Part shown: positions 20,847 through 29,659 of the stretch, in pieces
Layout: each line of letters starts with the position of its first letter
Position numbering within the stretch: the stretch's first letter is position 1
From: Pseudomonadota bacterium
GTDB taxonomy: Archaea; Thermoplasmatota; SW-10-69-26; JACQPN01; JAJPHT01
NCBI GenBank assembly: GCA_021325135.1
Contig: JAJPHT010000046.1
Coordinates: forward strand, 128,001 to 192,000
Length of the DNA stretch: 64,000 bases
Reading direction: 5' to 3'
Translations under genes and position numbers: made by a program
Notes under the pieces: generated by a model
Seen by the model: only the letters and a program-made list of their open reading frames with translations
What the model was told of the DNA's origin: nothing
Databases searched by the model: none

Positions 20847-20961
20847 ATGACGCTGGGCCCCGGCGACGCGGCAGCGCTGCGGGCGGAGCGCGTCGCGCTC
20901 CCGCGCCCGCCCGCGCGGCGCCCCCTCGCGTGGGGCGGCCTCGCGGCGGCGCTGCGCCGGC

Positions 20962-21342
20962 TCACCGCGGCTGCACGACGCAGAACTCGTGCCCGTCGGG
21001 GTCGCGCATGACGATCCAGTTGAGCCCCTCCTCGTCGGGGTAGGGCCAGCCCTCGGCGCGCGTCGCGCCCAGCTTCTCCAGGCGCTTCGCCTCGCGCTCC
21101 ATGTCGTCGGTGAACACCTCCAGGTGCACGGCGTTCACCGCGTCCGCCGGCTTGCGCTCGTCCGTGGGCTGGAGGCCGATGCGCGCCGCGCGCGTGTCCG
21201 TGGGGTGGCGCAGCGACCAGAACTCCTCGCTCTTGTGGGCGACCTTGTAGCCCAGCGCGCGGGACCAGAAGCGCGCCGCGCGCTCCACGTCCGTCGTGTC
21301 CAGGACGATGCGGGCGAGCTTGAGGCCGGGGCGGTCGGGCAT
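20962..21342 (-). CDS. VOC family protein (Glyoxalase_6-like)
   Basis: IVLDTTDVERAARFWSRALGY, VHLEV, WIVMRDPDGHEFCV. Confidence 0.88.
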   Translation of the reverse strand: MPDRPGLKLARIVLDTTDVERAARFWSRALGYKVAHKSEEFWSLRHPTDTRAARIGLQPTDERKPADAVNAVHLEVFTDDMEREAKRLEKLGATRAEGWPYPDEEGLNWIVMRDPDGHEFCVVQPR

Positions 21343-21401
21343 GCGTGGCGCAGCGCGCCCGCCCGGGATGAGCCTGCTGCCGGCGCTGGCCGGGGCGCGC
21401 C

Positions 21402-22064
21402 CTACGGGGCGGCGGCCCGCGCGACGAGGCCCGCGTCCCGCAGGCGCGCCTCGAAGGCCGAGGCGAACGCGCGCACGCACGCGTCGCGGTTGGCCTCGGT
21501 CACCTGCATGGAGTGGACGTCCAGGTGCAGCACGAGGTCGATCCCGCCGCCTGCGGGCCGCGCCTCGCCGTGGACCTTGACGCCGCCGCGGCGCTCCAGG
21601 GCCCGCCGGGCCGCGGCGCACGCCTTGGCCGCGGCCTTGCGCAGCACGCGGTCGGAGGGCGCTCCGTCCACGCGCCAGCGCAGGGTCCGGCGCGAATGGC
21701 TCTCCCAGTCCCACGACGCGGGGTTGCGGAAGCGGTTCCAGGCCGCCGAGCCGCCCAGCGGGTTGTCCGGGGTCCAGTTCCAGCCCGGGTAGACGAGCCC
21801 GACGTGGATGACGGGGGGCTCGCCAGGCTTGGGCTCGCGCAGGGGCGGCGTCACGTAGGGCGGGGGCGGAGCCGGGCTGCCGGAGGGAGCGGTCGCGCCG
21901 CCACGCAGGCCGGCGAGGCCCGCGGCCGCCAGGGCGGCGCCGAAGACGAGCGGCGAGACGACGAAGGTGGGGCGCCCTCCCGCCCCGCCCAGGGCGGCGA
22001 CGATCCCCAGGAGCATGACCAGCGCGCCCGCCGTGGCGAGCGCGATCGAGAAGCCTCTTCGCAT
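21402..22064 (-). CDS. hypothetical protein, two N-terminal TM segments and a Pro-rich linker
   Basis: C-terminal part of ORF 21402..23216, read from ATG 22064. Confidence 0.6.
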   Translation of the reverse strand: MRRGFSIALATAGALVMLLGIVAALGGAGGRPTFVVSPLVFGAALAAAGLAGLRGGATAPSGSPAPPPPYVTPPLREPKPGEPPVIHVGLVYPGWNWTPDNPLGGSAAWNRFRNPASWDWESHSRRTLRWRVDGAPSDRVLRKAAAKACAAARRALERRGGVKVHGEARPAGGGIDLVLHLDVHSMQVTEANRDACVRAFASAFEARLRDAGLVARAAAP

Positions 22065-22129
22065 GGGGCTTCGAGCCGATGGCCAGGTCTTGAGGGCTTC
22101 GTGCTTACTCCAGGGGGGTTCCGAGATCG

Positions 22130-23668
22130 TTACTCGACCTCGAACTTCACGCCCTGCGCCAGGGGCAGCTTCGTCGTGTAGTTCACGGTGTTGGTGCTGC
22201 GGCGCATGTACTGCTTCCAGGAGTCCGAGCCGCTCTCGCGCCCGCCGCCCGTCTCCTTCTCGCCGCCGAAGGCGCCGCCGATCTCGGCGCCCGAGGTGCC
22301 CAGGTTGACGTTGGCGATGCCGCAGTCCGAGCCCGCAGGGCCCAGGAACTCCTCGGCCTCCAGGAGGTTCGTGGTGAAGATGGCGCTGCTGAGGCCCTGC
22401 GGCACGCCGTTGTGGATGGCGATGGCGTTGGCCAGCGGGCCGTGATATCGCATGACGTACAGGATGGGCGCGAAGGTCTCCTGCTTCACGATGTCGGTCT
22501 GCGCGGGCATGGCGACGATGGCCGGCTCCACGTAGCGCGAGCCGAGGTCGTCGCGCCTCCTCCCGCCCACGAGCACCTGGCCGCCCTGCTTCTTCGCGGC
22601 CTCCAGCGCCTCCATCATCTCGGTGACGGCGCGCTCGTTGACCAGGGGGCCCACGAGCGTCTTCTCGTCCAGCGGGTGCCCGATGGGGAGCGTCTTGTAC
22701 GCGGCCACGAGCTTCCGGGTGAGCTTGTCCGCCACGTCCTCGTGGACGATGATGCGGCGCGTGGAGGTGCAGCGCTGCCCCGCCGTGCCCGCGGCGCCGA
22801 AGACGATGGCGCGCGTGGCCATGTCGAGGTCCGCGCTGGGCGTGACGACGATGCCGTTGTTGCCGCCAAGCTCCAGGATCGCGCGGCCGTAGCGCTGCGC
22901 GACGGTCTGCGCGAGGCGCTGGCCGATGCTGCACGAGCCGGTGAACGAGACGAGGGGGATGCGGGCGTCCTTGGCGATGCGGTCGCCCACGGTGCGGCCG
23001 GGCCCGACGGCCAGCGTGCAGACGCCCTCGAAGCCGTGCCGCGCGAGGACGCGGTTGGCGATCTTCGAGACCGCGATGGCGGTGAGGGGCGTCTCGCTGC
23101 TGGGCTTCCAGACCATGGTGTCGCCGCAGACCGCCGCGAGGAAGGCGTTCCACGACCAGACCGCGACGGGGAAGTTGAACGCGGTGACGATGCCCACGAC
23201 GCCCAGGGGGTGCCACTGCTCCATCATGCGGTGGCCGGGGCGCTCGCTCTGCATGGTGTTGCCGTAGAGCTGGCGCGAGAGGCCGACGGCGAAGTCGGCC
23301 ACGTCGATCATCTCCTGCACCTCGCCCTTGCCCTCGGTGAGGATCTTGCCCATCTCCAGGGAGACCAGGGCGCCCAGGTCGTCCTTGTGCCGGCGGAGCT
23401 CCTCGCCCATCTCGCGCACGATGAGGCCGCGCAGGGGCGCGGGCGTCACGCGCCAGCGCAGGAACGCCTCGTGGGCGCCCTTCATCACGCGCTCGTAGTC
23501 CGCCTCGCCGGCCTGCTGGACCTTCGCCAGGAGCCTGCCGTCGGCGGGGCTGAGGACGTCAAGAAGGTCGCCGGAGCCGAACCACGCCTTGCCGTCGGTG
23601 GCTCCGGGGTTCACGTCCGCGATCTCGAGGCGCCGCAGGAGCGCGGGCACGTCGTGGTGGCTCTGCAT
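22130..23668 (-). CDS. aldehyde dehydrogenase family 7 (antiquitin/alpha-aminoadipate semialdehyde dehydrogenase-like)
   Basis: AFNFPVAVWSWN, WKPS, SFTGS, LELGGNN, GTAGQRCTS, GAEIGGAFGGEKETGGGRESGSD, LPLAQG. Confidence 0.93.
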   Translation of the reverse strand: MQSHHDVPALLRRLEIADVNPGATDGKAWFGSGDLLDVLSPADGRLLAKVQQAGEADYERVMKGAHEAFLRWRVTPAPLRGLIVREMGEELRRHKDDLGALVSLEMGKILTEGKGEVQEMIDVADFAVGLSRQLYGNTMQSERPGHRMMEQWHPLGVVGIVTAFNFPVAVWSWNAFLAAVCGDTMVWKPSSETPLTAIAVSKIANRVLARHGFEGVCTLAVGPGRTVGDRIAKDARIPLVSFTGSCSIGQRLAQTVAQRYGRAILELGGNNGIVVTPSADLDMATRAIVFGAAGTAGQRCTSTRRIIVHEDVADKLTRKLVAAYKTLPIGHPLDEKTLVGPLVNERAVTEMMEALEAAKKQGGQVLVGGRRRDDLGSRYVEPAIVAMPAQTDIVKQETFAPILYVMRYHGPLANAIAIHNGVPQGLSSAIFTTNLLEAEEFLGPAGSDCGIANVNLGTSGAEIGGAFGGEKETGGGRESGSDSWKQYMRRSTNTVNYTTKLPLAQGVKFEVE

Positions 23669-23724
23669 GGGTGGCCCATGCCGGGTCCGCTCCTTCAAGG
23701 TAGCGGGGAGCCGCCCCGCGGGGC

Positions 23725-24213
23725 CTAGAGCCGGCCGACGAGCTGGAGGAAGCGGGGGTGGTCGCGCAGGTGGCCGAAGGCGGGGTCGTCCGCAGCCTCC
23801 TCCACCAGCGTCTTGTCCAGGGAGAACGCCTCGCCCAAGAGATCCATGGCCTCGCGGTGCGCGCCCTCCCGCGCGACGATGCGCGCGAGGTGCAGCGTCA
23901 CGTCGCCGCCCGCGTCGGGAAGCTGGAGCGCGTCCAGGAGCGACTCCGCCGCCTCGGCCTCGTCCCCAAGCTGGGCCAGGCACATGGCGCGCCCCAGGTG
24001 CGCGACGGGCAGGTCGGGCCGCAGGTGGAGCGCCTCGTCGAAGCACGCCAGCGCGAGGCGCACGTTCCCCGCGCGCAGCGCCTCGCGGGCGTGGGCGAGG
24101 CGCACGTGCGCGGCGTCCGCGGGCTCGCCCGGCTGCCGGGTCGCGGAGGGGGGCGGCGCAAGGGCCAAGGCAGCGGCGGGTCCGGCGCACCAGGAGGATG
24201 CGGTCAGTCGCAT
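23725..24213 (-). CDS. TPR-repeat protein
   Basis: ALACFDEALHLRPDLPVAHLGRAMCLAQLG TPR; C-terminal AADDPAFGHLRDHPRF motif; start uncertain (up to 24258). Confidence 0.75.
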   Translation of the reverse strand: MRLTASSWCAGPAAALALAPPPSATRQPGEPADAAHVRLAHAREALRAGNVRLALACFDEALHLRPDLPVAHLGRAMCLAQLGDEAEAAESLLDALQLPDAGGDVTLHLARIVAREGAHREAMDLLGEAFSLDKTLVEEAADDPAFGHLRDHPRFLQLVGRL

Positions 24214-24329
24214 GCGCCCGCCGTTGGCCTCCCGCCCGTAGAATGCAGGGGAGGGCACGAAGCGGACGTGGCGGAGGGTTCAAGCCCTCCATCGAAAGGC
24301 CCAAGAGCGGGGCCCCCCTCAGCCCGCCC

Positions 24330-25205
24330 GTGAGCCCGAAGCCCCGCGTGGTGCGCGCCGCCGCGATCCAGATGCGGATGCACGAGGACGTCGGCACGAA
24401 CGTGAAGCGCTGCGTCGAGATGGTCCACAAGGCCGCCGACCAGGGCGCGACGCTGGTCGTCACGCCGGAGCTCTTCGGGAGCCTCTACTTCTGCCAGCGC
24501 GAGGACGCCGCGTTCTTCGACCTCGCGGAGCCCATCCCGGGCCCCACGACGCGGACGCTCGCCGCGGCGGCCAAGGAGCGGGGAATCGCGCTCGTGGGCT
24601 CCCTCTTCGAGCGCCGCGCGCCGGGCCTCTTCCACAACACCAGCGTCGTCTTCGACAAGACGGGCGAGATGGTGGGCAAGTACCGCAAGATGCACATCCC
24701 GGACGACCCCAACTACTACGAGAAGTTCTACTTCACGCCCGGCGACCTGGGCTTCCAGGCCTTCGCCACCAGCGCCGCCAAGGTGGGCACGCTGGTCTGC
24801 TGGGACCAGTGGTACCCCGAGGGCGCGCGCCTCACCGCCATGAAGGGCGCCGAGGTGCTCACCTACCCCACGGCCATCGGCGCGCACGCCCGGGAGCCCG
24901 CCGGCATCCCCGAGCGGCAGCGCGACGCGTGGATGACCATCCAGCGCGCGCACGCCATCGCCAACGGCGTCTTCGTCGTCGTCGCCAACCGCGTGGGCCA
25001 GGAGGAGGAGATGCGCTTCTGGGGCAGCAGCTTCATCGCCGGCCCCCTGGGCGAGATCCTCGCGCAGGGCTCGCAGGACAAGGAGGAGGTCGTCGTCGCG
25101 GACCTGCCCATGGACGACGTCGACGTCGTGCGCGAGGGGTGGCCCTTCTTCCGCGACCGGCGCATCGACGCCTACGGGGAGATCACGCGGCGCTGGGGCG
25201 AGTGA
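24330..25205 (+). CDS. aguB: N-carbamoylputrescine amidase-like carbon-nitrogen hydrolase
   Basis: E-K-C triad: PELF, YRKMHIPDDP.YYEKFYF, VCWDQWYPE; ends WPFFRDRRID. Confidence 0.9.
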   Translation: MSPKPRVVRAAAIQMRMHEDVGTNVKRCVEMVHKAADQGATLVVTPELFGSLYFCQREDAAFFDLAEPIPGPTTRTLAAAAKERGIALVGSLFERRAPGLFHNTSVVFDKTGEMVGKYRKMHIPDDPNYYEKFYFTPGDLGFQAFATSAAKVGTLVCWDQWYPEGARLTAMKGAEVLTYPTAIGAHAREPAGIPERQRDAWMTIQRAHAIANGVFVVVANRVGQEEEMRFWGSSFIAGPLGEILAQGSQDKEEVVVADLPMDDVDVVREGWPFFRDRRIDAYGEITRRWGE

Positions 25206-25829
25206 TCACCACACGCCCGGCACCAGGCGCTTGACCTCGCGCTTGTAGGACTCGAACTCGGCCCCGAACTGTTCCGAGAGAAGCTTCTCCTCGGCGCGGA
25301 TCTTCAGGACGAACGTGACGAGGAGGACGCCGACGGCCAGGAAGAGCGCCGCGTTCCCCTCGGCGAGCGCGCTGCCCAGCGCCATGGCCAGGATGCCCGC
25401 GTAGATGGGGTTCCTGACGATGGCGTAGGGGCCGGAGCGGATCAGCTGGTGCCCCTCCTTCAGGGTGACGCGCCCCGACCAGAAGCGCCCCAGGTGCACG
25501 CGCGCCCACACCGCCAGCGCGACCCCGCCGTAGAGGATCGCGAGGCCCAGCACGACGAGGGGCAGCGGCTCGGGGAACGCGGCGCTGCGCAGGGAGGGCC
25601 CCGCAAGCCCGCTGCGCCAGGCGAGGAGCCCCGCGGCGAGGGCGAGCGCGATGAGGACGCGGTCCCAGCCGGGCGCGCTCTTCACGGTCCGCGCGTTGCC
25701 GAAGGCGCCGGCCAGCCAGACGACCCAGAACGTGAGCCACGCGAGAAGGACGAGGATCTCGGGGATCGGCACGCCGCGTCCAGGCGGCCCCAGCGCATCA
25801 ACGTTGGCGGGCCGCCGCGGCGCGGGCAT
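25206..25829 (-). CDS. isoprenylcysteine carboxyl methyltransferase/PEMT family membrane protein
   Basis: HQLIRSGPYAIVRNPIYAG, EEKLL..FGAEF..YKREV; true start may be about 25772. Confidence 0.88.
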   Translation of the reverse strand: MPAPRRPANVDALGPPGRGVPIPEILVLLAWLTFWVVWLAGAFGNARTVKSAPGWDRVLIALALAAGLLAWRSGLAGPSLRSAAFPEPLPLVVLGLAILYGGVALAVWARVHLGRFWSGRVTLKEGHQLIRSGPYAIVRNPIYAGILAMALGSALAEGNAALFLAVGVLLVTFVLKIRAEEKLLSEQFGAEFESYKREVKRLVPGVW

Positions 25830-25865
25830 ACTGCTTTATGCCGCCAGCCCCAGTCCGCGCCCGCC

Positions 25866-26921
25866 TTGACCACCCCCGCGTCCCTGGGCTACCGCATGCC
25901 CGCCGAATGGGAGCCCCACGCCGCCACCTGGCTCTCCTGGCCCCACGACCCCGTCACGTTCCCCGGCCGCGTCGAGGCCGCCGAGGATTGCTATCGCCAG
26001 ATGATCCGCGCCCTGGCGCCCCACGAGCGGGTGAACCTCCTGGTCAAGGACGACGACGCCCACGAGCGCGTCGCGCGCTGGCTCGTCGCCGAGGGGATCA
26101 AGAACGTCGTCCTGTGGGACGTCCCGCCCGCGGACGTGTGGTTCCGCGACTACGGCCCCATCTTCGTGAAGCGCGAGACGGGCGGGGGCCGCGCGGAGGT
26201 GGCCATGACCAAGTGGCGCTTCAACGCGTGGGGCGACAAGTACGAGACGCTCCTCCCCGACAACGAGATCCCCCACCGCCTTCAGCCGCACCTGGGCCTC
26301 CCCATGTTCGAGGCGGGCATCGTCATGGAGGGCGGCTCGCTGGAGGTCAACGGCGCGGGCACGCTCCTCACCACCGAGCAGTGCCTTCTCAACCGCAACC
26401 GCAACCCCTCGCTCTCGAAGGCGCAGATCGAGCAGAAGCTCAAGGACTTCCTGGGCGTCACGAACGTCCTCTGGCTCAAGGAGGGCATCGAAGGGGACGA
26501 CACCGACGGGCACATCGACGACATCGCCCGCTTCGTTAACCCCACCACCGTCGTCATCGCGCAGGAGGAGGACGAGGACGACGAGAACTTCCGCCCCCTG
26601 CGGGAGAACCTGAAGCTCCTGCGCGCCATGAAGGACCAGGCGGGCCGTCCGCTGGACGTGGTGGAGCTTCCCATGCCCGGGTTCGTCGGCGACGAGGAGG
26701 GGCGCCTCCCCGCGAGCTACGCCAACTTCTACGTGGGCAACCGCGTCGTGCTGCTGCCCGTCTTCGGCGCGGTCCACGACGCGCGGGCGACCGCCGTGCT
26801 CCAGAAGCTCTTCCCCTCCCGCGCCGTCGTGCCCATCGACGCCAGCGACCTCGTCTTCGGCATGGGCACGTTCCACTGCGTGACGCAGCAGCAGCCCCTG
26901 GCGGTGGCCAGCGCGCCGTAG
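25866..26921 (+). CDS. aguA: agmatine deiminase
   Basis: RMPAEWEPH, WFRDYGP, FNAWG, EGGS, DDTDGHID, SYANF, FHCVTQQQP; TTG start 25 nt after CTTTATG. Confidence 0.93.
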   Translation: MTTPASLGYRMPAEWEPHAATWLSWPHDPVTFPGRVEAAEDCYRQMIRALAPHERVNLLVKDDDAHERVARWLVAEGIKNVVLWDVPPADVWFRDYGPIFVKRETGGGRAEVAMTKWRFNAWGDKYETLLPDNEIPHRLQPHLGLPMFEAGIVMEGGSLEVNGAGTLLTTEQCLLNRNRNPSLSKAQIEQKLKDFLGVTNVLWLKEGIEGDDTDGHIDDIARFVNPTTVVIAQEEDEDDENFRPLRENLKLLRAMKDQAGRPLDVVELPMPGFVGDEEGRLPASYANFYVGNRVVLLPVFGAVHDARATAVLQKLFPSRAVVPIDASDLVFGMGTFHCVTQQQPLAVASAP

Positions 26922-27195
26922 CCCACGGAACGATCGTGGCCTTCACACACGAGCGATGCCTCAGCGAGGGCCATGGAAGGCGATCGAGCACCATTCTTAT
27001 TTCTGCGACGACAAAATTACCGAAGATTTGATTTCTTCCTTCACACCAAGAAGCGGTTTCTTGAAAACGACGAAAGCAATTGTAAACCATCCAATATTTT
27101 TCACTCAAATTCTCTAGCACATTCATGCATCACATGCGAGTGTAACAGCCACGCCGGAGGGGCGGAATGACGCCCCCCTGCTAGAGCTGATATCG

Positions 27196-28068
27196 ATGAG
27201 AACATTCAGGATTGCCACGTTGATTGCTGGACTTGCGACGTTGAGCGCCTTTGCAGGCGCGGGGATCATCCCGGAGGCGTCGGCCACCTGCGGCGTGAAC
27301 AGCGCCTCGGGCGACTGCTCGAGCCTCTACGGCGTCTGCGTGATCAACTCGGGGACGTGCGGGCCTGGCTGCGTCAGCGTCTCGAACTCCGGACACTGCA
27401 ACCACATCTGCGTGGTGAACTCGGGCAAGTGCGCGAATCTCCGGTCGTCCTCGTGTTGGATCAGCCAGCCGGTGCACACCTATGGCTCGTCCATGGCTCT
27501 GGGCACGAACTCGAACACGCTCTCTGAGCAGACCTCGGGCGCCCCCACGGGCTCTGTCGAAGGTGGCGGAGCCGGATTCGTGACCGTCCAGGACAGCAAC
27601 GTCGCGGACTGCAACGGCGATGGGATCCCCGGCGACTATGACGGCGACTATGACATCGGCACGGGGGGCGGCTTCTTCGGCTCCTCCAGCGAGTGGGATA
27701 CGGCCGACAACTGCGGCTACGACCTCAGCGTCCACGCGTCCACTGGCACGGCGACCGACATCAGCAGCCTGCCCGTGGGCGGCGTCTTCGGCGTCGACGA
27801 TGTCGCGGGCCCCGTCGTCGTGACGGACCCCAACAGCGGCGCCACCGTCTCGTGCCAGGTCGACGGCTCGATCACCCCCGGCACGGACGCGAACGACTGC
27901 CTCAACGTCTGGGTCAACACCTGGAGCCCCGGCTCGGACCCCGTCTGCGCCATCGGCCACGGCGGCGATGACGGCTACTGGCTCATTCTCCAGAGCGGCG
28001 TCTCCGAGAACGGCGGCAGCGTCACCGCGGCCACGGCCACGACCGGCACCCTCGCGGCGGACTCCTAA
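27196..28068 (+). CDS. secreted Cys-rich protein (14 Cys; four C-x-NSG-x-C-like repeats; acidic DCNGDG motif)
   Basis: Signal peptide; CGVNSASGDC, CVINSGTC, CVSVSNSGHC, CVVNSGKC; DCNGDGIPGDYDGDYD. Confidence 0.8.
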   Translation: MRTFRIATLIAGLATLSAFAGAGIIPEASATCGVNSASGDCSSLYGVCVINSGTCGPGCVSVSNSGHCNHICVVNSGKCANLRSSSCWISQPVHTYGSSMALGTNSNTLSEQTSGAPTGSVEGGGAGFVTVQDSNVADCNGDGIPGDYDGDYDIGTGGGFFGSSSEWDTADNCGYDLSVHASTGTATDISSLPVGGVFGVDDVAGPVVVTDPNSGATVSCQVDGSITPGTDANDCLNVWVNTWSPGSDPVCAIGHGGDDGYWLILQSGVSENGGSVTAATATTGTLAADS

Positions 28069-28286
28069 GCCTGCAAGTCGCCCATGACCCTGCTCCGCAG
28101 GCGAGGCCAAGTTCTTCTTTTGGACCGTTGGACCGACGCGCAAGGGCGTCATCGCCACGCGCGCCCTGAACCTCTCCATGCTGAGGCCCTAGTCGAATTC
28201 TTTTCTACCAAAAAGGACTTGTCTACTGTGGAGACTGCCGGCCGGGAGGCTTCCACAGAGGAGGCCCCATTCGGAGGTTTCGAGAC

Positions 28287-28739
28287 ATGAAGCAGTTCTT
28301 CGCGATCGCCCTCGTCGCCGCGTCGCTCTTCGCCGCGACCGGCCACGCCGACACGACCCAGCAGCAGTCCTACCTGGCGCCCGGCGGCGTCAACGGCTCC
28401 GGCCTCACGGCGACCATCGCGGGCAACGCCATCGGCGGCGTCGCCTTCGCGGCCAACGGCGAGGTCCCCACCCACGTCACCGTGAACGACGACTCCGGCG
28501 CCGCGGTCTGGATCAACGTCTGCCAGGACATCGACGGCTCCGCGACGTGCGACGCCGGCGAGCCCACCGCGACCGGCTGCGGCAGCGTCGACCTCGTCGG
28601 CTTCGTCTCCGACGTCGACGTCACCGTCTTCGTCTCCGCGACCAGCTCGTCCGCCCTCAACCTCGTCCTCGAGGGCGGCAACTGCGCGGGCCCCGCCACC
28701 AGCGGCGTCGTCGAGCTGACGACCGCCACCGCCGCGTAA
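28287..28739 (+). CDS. secreted protein (150 aa, 4 Cys)
   Basis: SD GGAGGT; signal peptide MKQFFAIALVAASLFAATGHA; beta-rich mature part. Confidence 0.8.
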   Translation: MKQFFAIALVAASLFAATGHADTTQQQSYLAPGGVNGSGLTATIAGNAIGGVAFAANGEVPTHVTVNDDSGAAVWINVCQDIDGSATCDAGEPTATGCGSVDLVGFVSDVDVTVFVSATSSSALNLVLEGGNCAGPATSGVVELTTATAA

Positions 28740-28752
28740 GCCGCGGAAGACC

Positions 28753-28785
28753 GGGCCCGCGCGGAGGCGGGCCCCCATCTTTTTT
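28753..28785 (+). terminator. hairpin plus U-tract terminator
   Basis: GGGCCCGC-N6-GCGGGCCC followed by CCATCTTTTTT. Confidence 0.65.
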
Positions 28786-28786
28786 C

Positions 28787-29191
28787 TCAGTACGTCCGGA
28801 GCCTCAGCCCGGGCACCCGGCCGAACTCGCGCGCCTTGCGCGTGACCAGCTCCTCGTCCCGCGCGAGCGCGACGCCGGCGATCATGGCGTCCTCGGGGTC
28901 CAGCGGCTCGCCGGCCGCCCACAGGCGCGCGTCGAGCCCCCCGGCCCGCGCGGCGGCCGCCGCATCCAGGGCCTGCACGACGCGCCCCTCCACGGCCTCC
29001 GCGACGCGCCGCTTCTCGGCCGCGGGGAGGTCCACGGTCTCCAGGCCGCGGTGGAACTCGAAGAGCGTGACGCTCGCGACGCGGACGGGCTCCCCCGCGG
29101 CCTCGAGCCGCTCCAGCATCTCGATGGCGCGCTCGCGGCCGCGCATGAGGTCCAGGAGGAACAGCGTGTCGGCGAGGACCACGGCGCTCAC
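28787..29191 (-). CDS. vapC: VapC PIN-domain toxin
   Basis: VLADTLFLLD, SVTLFE, DAMIAGVAL, LVTR...F.RVPGL; GTGA overlap with vapB. Confidence 0.9.
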   Translation of the reverse strand: MSAVVLADTLFLLDLMRGRERAIEMLERLEAAGEPVRVASVTLFEFHRGLETVDLPAAEKRRVAEAVEGRVVQALDAAAAARAGGLDARLWAAGEPLDPEDAMIAGVALARDEELVTRKAREFGRVPGLRLRTY

Positions 29192-29415
29192 ACCCTCAGC
29201 TGCTTCGTGCGGCGCTTGCGGCTGCGCTCGCGGCCGGCCTCGATGCGGGCGGCCAATCGTTCGGCCTGCGCCTCGTCGAGCACGCCGACGATATCGTAGA
29301 GCGACCGCTCCCCGGCGAGGCGCCTGATCACGTCCGTGAAGCTCTCGCCTTCTCCCTTGAGGCTCGCCAGGAGGTGGTACGCCTCGTCGGTGACGTTCAG
29401 CGTGCGGCTTGGCAC
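29188..29415 (-). CDS. vapB: archaeal VapB antitoxin
   Basis: RTLNVTDEAYHLLASLKGEGESFTDVIRRL matches the archaeal VapB pattern; GTG 29415. Confidence 0.9.
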   Translation of the reverse strand: MPSRTLNVTDEAYHLLASLKGEGESFTDVIRRLAGERSLYDIVGVLDEAQAERLAARIEAGRERSRKRRTKQLRV

Positions 29416-29431
29416 TTCGTTTTCCCCTTTG

Positions 29432-29546
29432 GTCAAGGGTCCAAAGAACGCGATGAGCGCGAAGAGCGCCAAGGTCGCAAAGTTTCCTTTCTCGTCGTCG
29501 CGTCCTTTGCGCTCTTCGCGCTCGTCGCGTTCTTTGGACCCTTGAC
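29432..29546. repeat. 43-bp inverted repeat (long hairpin; MITE/REP-like)
   Basis: 29432-29474 matches the reverse complement of 29504-29546 with 2 mismatches; internal ~9-nt periodicity. Confidence 0.9.
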
Positions 29547-29577
29547 GAGAGGCAAATACACCTCTTCACACTATCAA

Positions 29578-29595
29578 TGTGTTGCCACCAACACA
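29578..29595. promoter_or_regulatory. palindrome TGTGTTG-N4-CAACACA, candidate VapBC operator
   Basis: Perfect 7-bp inverted repeat in the AT-rich patch upstream of vapB. Confidence 0.5.
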
Positions 29596-29659
29596 GATGA
29601 GCCCCGGCGGCCGCAAGGCTCATCCCCCCGGCCGCAGCATGCCGCCGCAGGCGCTCCCC

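Noticed and set aside
26973-27170. 65-aa ORF in the AT-rich patch
   Set aside because: Atypical codons and no motif; more likely the regulatory region of the 27196 gene
29188-29472. 94-aa VapB with a hydrophobic N-terminal extension
   Set aside because: The extension is a translation of the hairpin arm; the VapB motif begins at GTG 29415
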